32,000 bases of DNA, from assembly GCF_000009705.1 (NCBI RefSeq), contig NC_003272.1:300001-332000 (forward strand), written 5' to 3'. A model generated the notes under the pieces. It had not been told where the DNA came from and did not search any database. It saw nothing but the letters and a program-made list of their open reading frames with translations. This DNA comes from Nostoc sp. PCC 7120 = FACHB-418. Its GTDB lineage: Bacteria > Cyanobacteriota > Cyanobacteriia > Cyanobacteriales > Nostocaceae. A program made the position numbers and the translations under genes. How positions within the stretch are numbered: position 1 is the first letter of the stretch; each line of letters opens with the position of its first letter. Positions 10,636 through 19,400 of the stretch are shown here, one piece after another.

Positions 10636-11120
10636 AGTGAGTCTATTTTTTCTAATCTAATAAATAAATCAGCAAACGGTTTCATCTGTCGTAAACTTTC
10701 CTCACACCAGTTATCATCATTTTCGCCTTCTTCTAGAGTAAATAATCTTTCTCGACACAGAATTTGTAATATTAGTGGTTGGCATTTGAGTAGGTTAAAC
10801 AGGCGTTTTAATTCTTTCTCCCGTCCGAAAAAGTAACGCGGTTGGGTAATGGGTGCGCCAGTGATGAAGGGTGACGCTTCTCCTGTTGGCTGAGTTTCTA
10901 GTTCTTTATATGCTATTTCTTGCCAGTCTAAAACCAATTTAGTGCAGAGTTCTAGAAAATTCAGATAGTCAATTGGTCTACCACTCAGAAAGCTTTTGAC
11001 TGTGAATAAGCCAAGTCCTGAGTCAGTAGCTAATGACTGCTGGCGGGGATAGCCATGACGCTGAAGTGCTGACTTTACTTTATTAATATACTCTGGTGCT
11101 ACTCGAAGCGATCGCGCCAT
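10632..11120 (-). CDS. Hypothetical protein with an HTH-like N-terminus plus a pre-Walker-A-like FFGRE segment but no P-loop (stand-alone adaptor or truncated STAND/AAA ATPase remnant)
   Basis: 162 aa, starting 36 nt downstream of the stop of the 1747-aa gene on the same strand. Residues 1-70 (LRVAPEYINKVKSALQRHGYPRQQSLATDSGLGLFTVKSFLSGRPIDYLNFLELCTKLVLDWQEI) resemble the HTH module at the N-terminus of many cyanobacterial ATPases. PRYFFGREKELKRLFNLL is the segment that normally precedes a GxxxxGK[ST] motif, and none follows. Confidence 0.55.
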   Translation of the reverse strand: MARSLRVAPEYINKVKSALQRHGYPRQQSLATDSGLGLFTVKSFLSGRPIDYLNFLELCTKLVLDWQEIAYKELETQPTGEASPFITGAPITQPRYFFGREKELKRLFNLLKCQPLILQILCRERLFTLEEGENDDNWCEESLRQMKPFADLFIRLEKIDSL

Positions 11121-11156
11121 TACTCACCATCAAAAAATTGTTGACATGATTCCAAA

Positions 11157-14100
11157 TTAATTCTGACATATAGGGTGATCGCCTGCACTCACATTGCTAT
11201 TATGCTGGAGATAATCGGTGATGCGATCGCATCCTTGCTGCATTAAGTCATCTAAATCTAGATTCCACACCATTACCCCTGCGTCTTCACCGCCACTTAG
11301 CAACGTTTTACCGTCGGGACTGAAAGCAAGGGTGTTGATTTTACCGGGATGTCCTAAGAGGGTTTTGAGTAATGTGGCGTTGGGAAGATTCCACAGTTTG
11401 ATGGTGTTGTCTGCACTACCGGAGGCTAAAATTTCACCGTCGGGACTGAAGCTGAGGCTAGTTACGCCGTCGATGTGTCCGTTTAGGTTATTGATGAGTT
11501 TTCCGTCTGTTACTTGCCACAGTTTGATGGTATTATCCCAACTGGCAGAGGCGAGGGTGTGGCTATCTGGGCTAAATTTTACTGAGGCGATCGCTAAACC
11601 GTGACCTGTGATATTTTTGATTAATCTGCCGTCTGTCTGCCAAATTTTCACTGTATTATCAGTGCTACCTGATGCGAGGAATTGACCATCAGGACTAAAA
11701 TTGACGCTTGTCACTTCGTCATTATGTCCTGTGAGGGTGCGTAATAATTGACCGTCATTTACTCGCCATATTTTAATAGTTTTATCAGCACTTCCAGAGG
11801 CAATTGTTTGATTATCGGGATGGAAACTAAGGGTTGTAATTCTATCTTTGTGACCAGTTAATGTTTTAATTAACTGCTGAGTTTGACTATCCCAAAGTTT
11901 AATAGTGTTATCAGCGCTAGCTGTGGCTATAGTTTTACCATCAGGACTATAACTAACGGTAGTAATAATATTTTGATTTTTTTGAATTGTAGACAGTGAT
12001 GAATGAGCTAATGTTTCTCTCTGCCAAATTGTTATATTGCCATCCCAACCCGCCGAGGCGAATGTTTTCCCATCAGGATTAAAGCTAACACTATTAACAT
12101 TAGATTTTTGTGATTTCTGATAATTCAATTGCCGGATTCTCACGGTTTTATCACTACTAGCTGAGGCTATAACTTTATTATCAGGGCTAAATGTCACATC
12201 TCTGATTTGTTCGCCACGTCCGGAAATTGTTTTAATTAGTGTACCGTCTATTTTCCAAACTTTCATAGTGCTATCAGCACCAGCCGAAACTAGAGTTTTA
12301 CTATCAGAACTAAAGTTTATGCTGTTAACTTGTTGATTGTGTGCTGCTATCGTTTTTAAAAACTTACCGTCTGTGTTCCAGAATTTGATAGTTTTATCGC
12401 CACTGGCTGAAGCAAGAATTTTACCATCAGGACTAAATTTAACACTGGTAATACGTTCTTTATGTCCTGTCAGAGTTTTAATTAAATGACCGTTTGTTGC
12501 TTGCCAAAGTTTAACTAAATTATCTTCGCCACCGGAGGCTATCATTTTACCATCAGGGCTAAAGCTGATAGAGTTTACCCAGCCATTATGAGCATTCCAT
12601 GTATTGATGATGCTGCCATCAATACGCCATAATTTTATAGTTTTGTCTAAGCTACTAGAAACTATGGTCTTACTATCTGGACTGAAGACTACATCGGTAA
12701 CAATATCTGTGTGTCCGGGGAAAGTTTTGATTAATTGTATACATTTTTGTAGGTTATTTACAATTAAACATGAAGTATCAAGGGCATAAAGTTTAATGGT
12801 ATAATCGGCGTTAGCAGTAGCAAGATATTTTCCGTTATGGCTAAAGGCGATCGCTGTTACTCTTTTCTGAGATGCTGTGATAGTCGTGATTAATTGACCA
12901 TGTATATCCCAGAGTTTTACTGTCCTGTCGTCACTAGCGGATGCTAAAACTTTGCCGTCTGGACTAAAACTCACGGCGTTGACTTGTTGAGCGTGACCTT
13001 GCAAGCGGTTAATTTCTTGAGTGTTAGCAATAGCTTGTTGAAAAGTGGCAACTGTTGCTATTTGTATATCTCTTTCTGGCGCAAAAACTTGTTTTAGTTC
13101 TTTTCCCGCTTTCACGCTAGCGATGATAGCTTCTAGCTGCTGATTGGATAATAGCAGCGCCTCTGATGAAGCATTTAAAGCGGTTATTTCGCGCAACTGG
13201 GCGGAGCGTTTTTGAAAATAGGCGAAACCACCGAAACCAGTAGCGGCGATGGCTAAAACACTGATGATGACTACAGCCCTTTGGGCTTGGCGGAGTCGCT
13301 TTTTTTGTTCTCGCTGTTGTTGTTGTCTGGCGGCTAAACAAGCGGCGATGAAGTTTTGGACATCTTGAGATAATTCATCGGTGTATTTGATGTAAATTTC
13401 TTCGGCTTCCGCTAGGCGAATACCTTGTAATAAAAAATCAGGTTGGGCTTGATGGTGTTTCCACAGTGCGGCAGCTTGTTCAATTTGACGCTGCGATCGC
13501 AGTCTACTACGATTTTCCTCCAACCACCAGCGCAAGGTTGACCAGTGGCGGATAAGGATTTCGTGGGCGACTTCTATTGTGATTGGGGAAGGTGGGGTTC
13601 CCTCTAGGGATAAGGGGTAATGGGGAGTGGGGAGAGACGGGGAAGTTCTACTTTGTCCTGCGTCTACCTTGCTTTCTTCTTCTGAATTTATTACTACCAA
13701 CTTCGCAGCCGTTAACGCTAAGAGGGTTCTGTCAATTAAGTCATCAGCATATTTTTTCACTACTAACTCAGATTTCAATACTCTACGTCTGGTGTCTTCT
13801 GTTCCTTCACCTAACTGTGTGAGTGAGAGAAAAATCCATCGGGCGCATTCTTGGGCTTGTGAGTCTAAGCTTTCATAAACTTCCTGGGCTTTGCGTTCTA
13901 AAGCGCCTTTGATACCACCGATTTGCTGTTGATAGGCTGTCAGCGTTAACTCACCAGCTTGGCGGTGTTCCCACAATTGTTCTAAGACAAACTCTAACAG
14001 GGGTAAATCGCCGGCAGAGTGGTTTAACTCCTGTAAAAGAACTTCTACTAATCCCGGTTCTACTTTTAAACCCACTTGTTCGGCTGGGTTGACGATGACA

Positions 14101-16400
14101 CGGCGGTAGTCGTCATCACTCAAGTTGGGGGGAACTAATATACTGGATTGCTGCAATAAGCTAGCTAGTGCTGGTACTTCCAAGCAAGGGCTAATAAAAT
14201 CGGCTCGCACAGTTATCACTACTTTAAACTTATCAGAGGCATATTCCACTGCCCCCAGTAGCAGTTCTAAAAATCGCTGTCTATCTTCACTGGGTGCAAG
14301 GGTGAATAATTCTTCAAATTGGTCAACCACCAACACCACCATCGGTTCTGGTCGGCTACGCAGCCAGTAGACAAAGCCTTCTACACCTTGGTAGAGCATG
14401 GCTTCTAGGTGGAGGTGAGGAGTTGGGTCAATTTTTTCTCCCGGCGAGTGCTGCTCCCCTGCTCCCCACTCTTTTTTTTGAATTTTGAATTTTGAATTTT
14501 GAATTGTTTGCTCCCCCACTTCCCCCACTCCCAAGCTTCGTGCCAAAGCTTCTAGGGGACGTGCGCCTGGGCGGATGCTTTTAATTAGCCAGGAATCACT
14601 ACCAGGTAGTTGTTTACCGGGACGGAGTTGAGCAATTAACCCTGCTTGGACGACGGAAGATTTACCGCTACCGGATGCACCGACGACAGCTAAGAATGAT
14701 TTGTGGGCTAGTTGGGAAATTAACTGTTGAGTTAAGGATTCTCTACCGTAGAAATATTGCGTATCTTCTTCGCTAAAGGCTTTTAAACCGCGATAGGGGC
14801 AAATTTTTAAATCTAAGGCTGGTGATTTTTCATGGTTGTTTGCGTTAGCGCTTGGTGGGATGATTTCTATTACGCCTTGTGTACCTGATAGCCATATATG
14901 CAGTGGGGGAGATGGGGTAATTGGTGTTTGTGCTGCTAGATGGATTTGTAATTGGGTTATCCAGGCGGCTATTGATAAACCAACAGGGGGAGACGCAGCT
15001 TTTAAGGTGGTGATGAGTGCTTGGGCAAAAATTTCTGGGTTGTTTTTGGGACAAGTCGCAGCAATGATACATTGTCCTGTGTCTGAGCTAAGTTGTAAAT
15101 CTTCTACCCAGTCTTGCAGAGATAGACTGTGGGTTCCGGCTGGACAATCTAAAATGATAATTTGTTGGGTGACACAAGAACGGCGTAATTGTTGCCTTAA
15201 CCAAGAACGGCTTAACCAAATATCATCGAATAAAACTAATGATGGTTCTCCTGCGGGGGTTTCTTCCAGTCGTCCACGCAGATATAACAAGACGGTGATT
15301 GGTGCTTCAGTTGTGTATGGCTGTAGTTGATTTTGAGAACGCAGGCAATCTTTAATAGTTTCACGGATATTTTGAGCAGTTGTTGTTGCGTAATGCGTTA
15401 GATATTCTAAGTCAAATGCTCCGGCTTTACCCAAAACCTTACTAAAATCTAATGCTGTTTGTGAGCCAATAACACCCTCAATTGCTAAGGCTTTTCTTGC
15501 AGGAAGTGATTCGAGACTTCCCTGGATTCTGCCAATAATTAATTCCCCAACTCCTTCGACAATTCGCTTTGGTGTCTGTAGGGGATATTCGCTATAAAGT
15601 TCGGTATCTCCTTTACCTCTTTTCTGTTGGTTAATTAACCTTAATTGTTGATTGGTTTTATCTATATATTGTAATGTTTGGTGATAAACATAACGGTACA
15701 ATCCATCAGCCGAAATTATCCCTTGATTATCAGCCGCATCACCACGTAAACCCCGCATTAAATAATATGTAAATACTCCATGTCCTAGTTCGGGAAACTC
15801 CCATGATTGCTGGTCTGTATCGCAAGATAATAAAGCATAAAATCCCTGACTTTTAGCAGCCCGTTGTTGTAGAACTGCGACTAGTTGGGGCGTAGGATTC
15901 AAGCCGCGCAGTGTCATTCCGCCACTATGACAAGCATCAAGCCAAACTAACTGATTTTGAACGCCACTATGACTGAAAAATTGTAATAATTCTTGAACAG
16001 CTAAACCTGTATTTTCTAAGTCATCTTTTTGCGTATCTGCCAAACATAAGTATGCTTGCTGCGTGTTTGGTTGCAGCATTCCATGACCTGAAAAGTAGAA
16101 TAAGATAGTGTCTGTAGGTTGAGCAGATGCAGTAATTTGTTTTAAACTGGCGCGCACATGATTTAACAACGGTAATTCCGCAGCAAAATCATGGTAAATG
16201 TTAATTTCTTTTTGAGAAAATTGCTCTTTAGTTGCACTAGTTAAAGCTTCTGCCAATACCTGACAATCAACTGCTGAATAACGTAAGGATGGTAGTTGCT
16301 TATCCTGGTATTCATTAACTCCCACCAACAGTAACCATAATTTCGGAGCAACTGTTTGTCTGCTTTGGTTTAAACTACTAGTAGCAACAGCACGAGGCAT
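11157..16400 (-). CDS. Caspase-like (peptidase C14, orthocaspase) - pseudo-caspase - STAND P-loop NTPase - single hydrophobic span - 14x WD40 protein (paralog 1)
   Basis: 1747 aa. Caspase dyad: FYFSGHG (H106, codon 16085..16083) and VWLDACHSG (C157, codon 15932..15930). Pre-Walker segment: [22 protein letters not shown]. Walker A is [11 protein letters not shown] (K580) and Walker B is [10 protein letters not shown]. Hydrophobic span [21 protein letters not shown] at 13215..13277. There are 14 units of the (F/Y)SPDGxxxAS...D.T(I/V)K(L/I)W type. The tail is [22 protein letters not shown]. Confidence 0.9.
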   Translation of the reverse strand: MPRAVATSSLNQSRQTVAPKLWLLLVGVNEYQDKQLPSLRYSAVDCQVLAEALTSATKEQFSQKEINIYHDFAAELPLLNHVRASLKQITASAQPTDTILFYFSGHGMLQPNTQQAYLCLADTQKDDLENTGLAVQELLQFFSHSGVQNQLVWLDACHSGGMTLRGLNPTPQLVAVLQQRAAKSQGFYALLSCDTDQQSWEFPELGHGVFTYYLMRGLRGDAADNQGIISADGLYRYVYHQTLQYIDKTNQQLRLINQQKRGKGDTELYSEYPLQTPKRIVEGVGELIIGRIQGSLESLPARKALAIEGVIGSQTALDFSKVLGKAGAFDLEYLTHYATTTAQNIRETIKDCLRSQNQLQPYTTEAPITVLLYLRGRLEETPAGEPSLVLFDDIWLSRSWLRQQLRRSCVTQQIIILDCPAGTHSLSLQDWVEDLQLSSDTGQCIIAATCPKNNPEIFAQALITTLKAASPPVGLSIAAWITQLQIHLAAQTPITPSPPLHIWLSGTQGVIEIIPPSANANNHEKSPALDLKICPYRGLKAFSEEDTQYFYGRESLTQQLISQLAHKSFLAVVGASGSGKSSVVQAGLIAQLRPGKQLPGSDSWLIKSIRPGARPLEALARSLGVGEVGEQTIQNSKFKIQKKEWGAGEQHSPGEKIDPTPHLHLEAMLYQGVEGFVYWLRSRPEPMVVLVVDQFEELFTLAPSEDRQRFLELLLGAVEYASDKFKVVITVRADFISPCLEVPALASLLQQSSILVPPNLSDDDYRRVIVNPAEQVGLKVEPGLVEVLLQELNHSAGDLPLLEFVLEQLWEHRQAGELTLTAYQQQIGGIKGALERKAQEVYESLDSQAQECARWIFLSLTQLGEGTEDTRRRVLKSELVVKKYADDLIDRTLLALTAAKLVVINSEEESKVDAGQSRTSPSLPTPHYPLSLEGTPPSPITIEVAHEILIRHWSTLRWWLEENRSRLRSQRQIEQAAALWKHHQAQPDFLLQGIRLAEAEEIYIKYTDELSQDVQNFIAACLAARQQQQREQKKRLRQAQRAVVIISVLAIAATGFGGFAYFQKRSAQLREITALNASSEALLLSNQQLEAIIASVKAGKELKQVFAPERDIQIATVATFQQAIANTQEINRLQGHAQQVNAVSFSPDGKVLASASDDRTVKLWDIHGQLITTITASQKRVTAIAFSHNGKYLATANADYTIKLYALDTSCLIVNNLQKCIQLIKTFPGHTDIVTDVVFSPDSKTIVSSSLDKTIKLWRIDGSIINTWNAHNGWVNSISFSPDGKMIASGGEDNLVKLWQATNGHLIKTLTGHKERITSVKFSPDGKILASASGDKTIKFWNTDGKFLKTIAAHNQQVNSINFSSDSKTLVSAGADSTMKVWKIDGTLIKTISGRGEQIRDVTFSPDNKVIASASSDKTVRIRQLNYQKSQKSNVNSVSFNPDGKTFASAGWDGNITIWQRETLAHSSLSTIQKNQNIITTVSYSPDGKTIATASADNTIKLWDSQTQQLIKTLTGHKDRITTLSFHPDNQTIASGSADKTIKIWRVNDGQLLRTLTGHNDEVTSVNFSPDGQFLASGSTDNTVKIWQTDGRLIKNITGHGLAIASVKFSPDSHTLASASWDNTIKLWQVTDGKLINNLNGHIDGVTSLSFSPDGEILASGSADNTIKLWNLPNATLLKTLLGHPGKINTLAFSPDGKTLLSGGEDAGVMVWNLDLDDLMQQGCDRITDYLQHNSNVSAGDHPICQN
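11259..13010 (-). repeat. WD40 repeat array, 14 blades (two predicted 7-bladed propellers), coding
   Basis: I counted 14 SPDG-type cores: [168 protein letters not shown]. Confidence 0.9.
14476..14503. repeat. Exact intragenic heptanucleotide tandem repeat (TTTTGAA)x4 inside paralog 1
   Basis: ttttgaa occurs 4 times at 14476..14503. It is flanked by CCCCACT-like units (ctcccctgctccccactc on one side, ctcccccacttcccccactccc on the other). On the minus strand it encodes [11 protein letters not shown]. Confidence 0.9.
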
Positions 16401-16408
16401 ATTTTTAA

Positions 16409-16491
16409 TTGGTCATTAGTCATTGGTCAACAGTCCATAGTTATTCTTCTTTGCTTCCCCAGTTCCCCCTGCTCCCAGCTCCCTAATCCCC
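16409..16491. repeat. STRR-type heptanucleotide repeats filling the spacer between the two paralogs
   Basis: ttggtca ttagtca ttggtca acagtcc atagtta (16409..16443, STRR2-like TTGGTCA) is followed by ccccagt tccccct gctccca gctccct aatcccc (16457..16491, STRR1-like CCCCAGT). The last units run into the stop codon of paralog 2. Confidence 0.8.
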
Positions 16492-19400
16492 AAAACAAAG
16501 CTGATACTCTTCTGTAGTTATATTAGGGTTGGTTGTGAGATAATTATGCAGGCGATCGCAAGCACGGTTGAGTAACTCATCTAGATTGAGGGTTTGTAGT
16601 TCTATCCCCTCCAGGTTCCAGACTTTGACTGTAGTATCATGTCCACCGGAAGCCAAAATTTTACCGTCGGGACTAAAACTCACGCTTCTGACACCGCCGC
16701 GATGTCCTTGGAAGGTTTTTAGTAATGTGCCATTAGGGACATTCCATAGCTTAATTGTGCCGTCATCACTAGCTGAGGCTATTGTTTTACCATCAGGTGA
16801 AAAACTTAAATTGTAAACTACATCACTATGACCCCGGAGGGTGTAGATTAATTCCCCATTTAAATTCCAGAGTTTGATAGTTTCATCTTGACTAGTTGAG
16901 GCTAGAGTTTGACCGTCGGGTGAAAGGTTGACACTCCACACACTAGCACTATGACCTTGTAAAGTCCTGATTAGCCTACCATCTAAGCTCCAAATTTTGA
17001 TAGTTTTGTCAGCACTAGCGGAGACAATGTTTTTGCCATCAGCGCTAAATTTGATATCTGTCACCCAACCATTATGTCCTAACAGAGTCTTCAACAAGCG
17101 ACCGTTTACACTCCAAAGTTTGATGGTTTTGTCAGCACTACCAGAAGCTAATATTTGCTTGTTGGGACTGAAACTTAAGCTCGTTATCCAATGGTTGTGA
17201 CCTGGTAAGCTACGCAGCAAACCGCCTTGCCGGTTGTAAAGGTGGATAGTATGGTCAGGACTAGCTAAGGCGACGATTTTATTGTCTGGTGTGAAACTGA
17301 TACTGGTGACATCAGGTAGAGGAGACGACAAGGTTTGCAATAATTTCCCATCCAGACTCCAGGTTTTCATTGTGCTGTCGGTGCTGAGTGAGGTAATTTT
17401 CTTACCATCATTGCTAAATCTGACGTAACTGACGCTACCTTTATGTCCATAAAAGGTTTTGGGTAGTGTTCTGTTCACAGTCCACAGTCTGACAGTATTA
17501 TCATCGCTACCGGAAGCTAATATATTGCCATCGGGACTAAAACTGAGACTATTGACTTCATGGTTATGTCCAGCAAAAGTTCCTAAGATATTGCCATCAC
17601 GCGACCAAAGGGTAATAGTTTTATCAGCGCTGGCGGTAGCAATTAACCGTCCATCGGGGGAGAAAATTACTTGCCAAACAGCTTCATTATGTCCCTCTAG
17701 AGTTGTCAGCAAAGTACCGTTACGACTCCAGAGTTTGACGGTATTGTCTGCACCAGCCGAAACAATGGTTTGCCCATCGGGGCTAAATGTGACAGCCAAC
17801 ACTTGTTTTGTGTGGGAGGGGATGGTGATTAAAGGGCGACCGTCTAAACTCCACAGTCTAATTGTCCCATCGTCACTGGCAGAGGCAATGGTATCACCTT
17901 CTGGGGAGAATTTGATGCTATTGACACCTTGGCTATGTCCATTGAGACTAAGTAGTAATTTACCTGCACGACTCCAAAGATTAATGGTATGGTCACTACT
18001 ACCAGAGGCGATAATTTCACCATTGGGGGAAAAACTAACACTCTTGACACCTTGGTCATGTCCTTTGAGTGTGGTAATTAGTTGACCATTGCGTTGCCAA
18101 AGTTTGATGGTACTGTCTGCACTGGCAGAAGCCAAAATCTCACCATCGGGGGAAAAACTGACGCTATTTACCCCATCATTATGACCAGTGAGAGTGGTAA
18201 GCAATTTGCCATCTCTACGCCAAAGATGGATGGTGTTATCTACACTACCAGAAGCAATGACTTCACCATCTGGTGAGTAACTGACGCTAGTTACCCAAGC
18301 ATTATGCAGTAAACGGTTGCGTTCCTGAGTGTTGTAGACTGCTTGTTGTAAAATTGTTGCCGTTTGCGTGCGGGTATCTGGGGGGATTCCCAAACTAATG
18401 TTTTGTACTTCCTTCCCAGCTTGCACACTAGTCATGAGTGCTTCTAATTGTTTGTGGGAGAGAAGAAAGTTTTCCGACAGAGAATTTAAAGCTTGAATTT
18501 CTTTGAGTTGGGCGTTTTGGGTTTGTTGATAAGCAAAAACCGCTAAACCAAACGCCGTTAAACCCAAAGTACTGATAATACTGACGGCCCTTTGTGCTTG
18601 TCTGAGTCGGCTTTGTTCTTGGTTTTGTTTACGTCGCCTTTCATGGAGACAAGCTTCAATGAAATGCTGGACATCCCAAGATAATTCATCAGTGTAATTA
18701 AGATAAATTTCCTCAGCTTCTGCTAGTCGGACACCTTGTAATAAAAAATCAGGCTGTTGGTTGTTTTGCTGCCATAAAGCCGCCGATTGTTCAATTTGTC
18801 GATGCGATCGCAATCTACTACGATTTTCCTCTAACCACCACCGTAGAGTTGACCAGTAACGAATTATCACCTCATGGGCTACTTCTATCGTCACGGAGGG
18901 AGTTGTGAGCAAGATATTTTCCCCCTGCCCCCTGCCCCCTGCCCCCTGCCTCTTCCCTCTTCCCTCTTCCCACTCCCCATTCACTACCACTAACTTAGCC
19001 ACAGTCAAAACTTGTAATGTTCTTTCTACTAAAGCAACAGGGTATTTTTTGACAATTAACTCAGACTTGAGTACCCGCCGTCTGGTATCCTCTGTTCCTT
19101 CACCTAACTGTGTCAGTGATAAGAAAATCCACCGGGTGCATTCTTGGGCTTCTGAATCTAAAGTATCGTAAACGCCTTGGGCTTTCTTCTCCAATGCGCC
19201 TTTAATTCCGCCCAAGTATTGCTGGTAAGCTTGTAAGGTAATTACACCTTTGTCTCGATATTCCCACAATTGTTCGAGAACAAATTCTAGTAATGGTAAA
19301 TCTCCAGGGGAGTTATGTAACTCTTGTAACAGCACCTCGACTAATTCCGGGTCTACTGTTAATCCTACTTTTTCGGCGGGGTGAATAATAATTCGGCGGT

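Noticed and set aside
14836-15330. A 164-aa plus-strand ORF and a 75-aa minus-strand out-of-frame ORF inside paralog 1.
   Set aside because: They are fully nested in the 1747-aa frame, which has conserved motifs shared with its paralog. The nested ORFs have no recognisable motifs and low-complexity composition.
16409-16491. Heptamer arrays here and at 6833, 14476, 18921 and 29522 considered as possible CRISPR arrays.
   Set aside because: The units are 7 nt and directly abutting, with no spacers. There are no 25-40-nt repeats and no cas genes. They fit STRR-type microsatellites instead.
17459-18085. A 208-aa plus-strand ORF, with similar ones at 11218..11604, 12604..12789, 16568..16816, 16997..17200 and 18082..18276, lying antisense to the WD40 arrays.
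   Set aside because: Their translations are themselves periodic (…[16 protein letters not shown]…). This is the mirror image of the WD40 codon periodicity on the other strand, so repeat-driven absence of stop codons explains them. The minus-strand frames carry textbook WD40 motifs.
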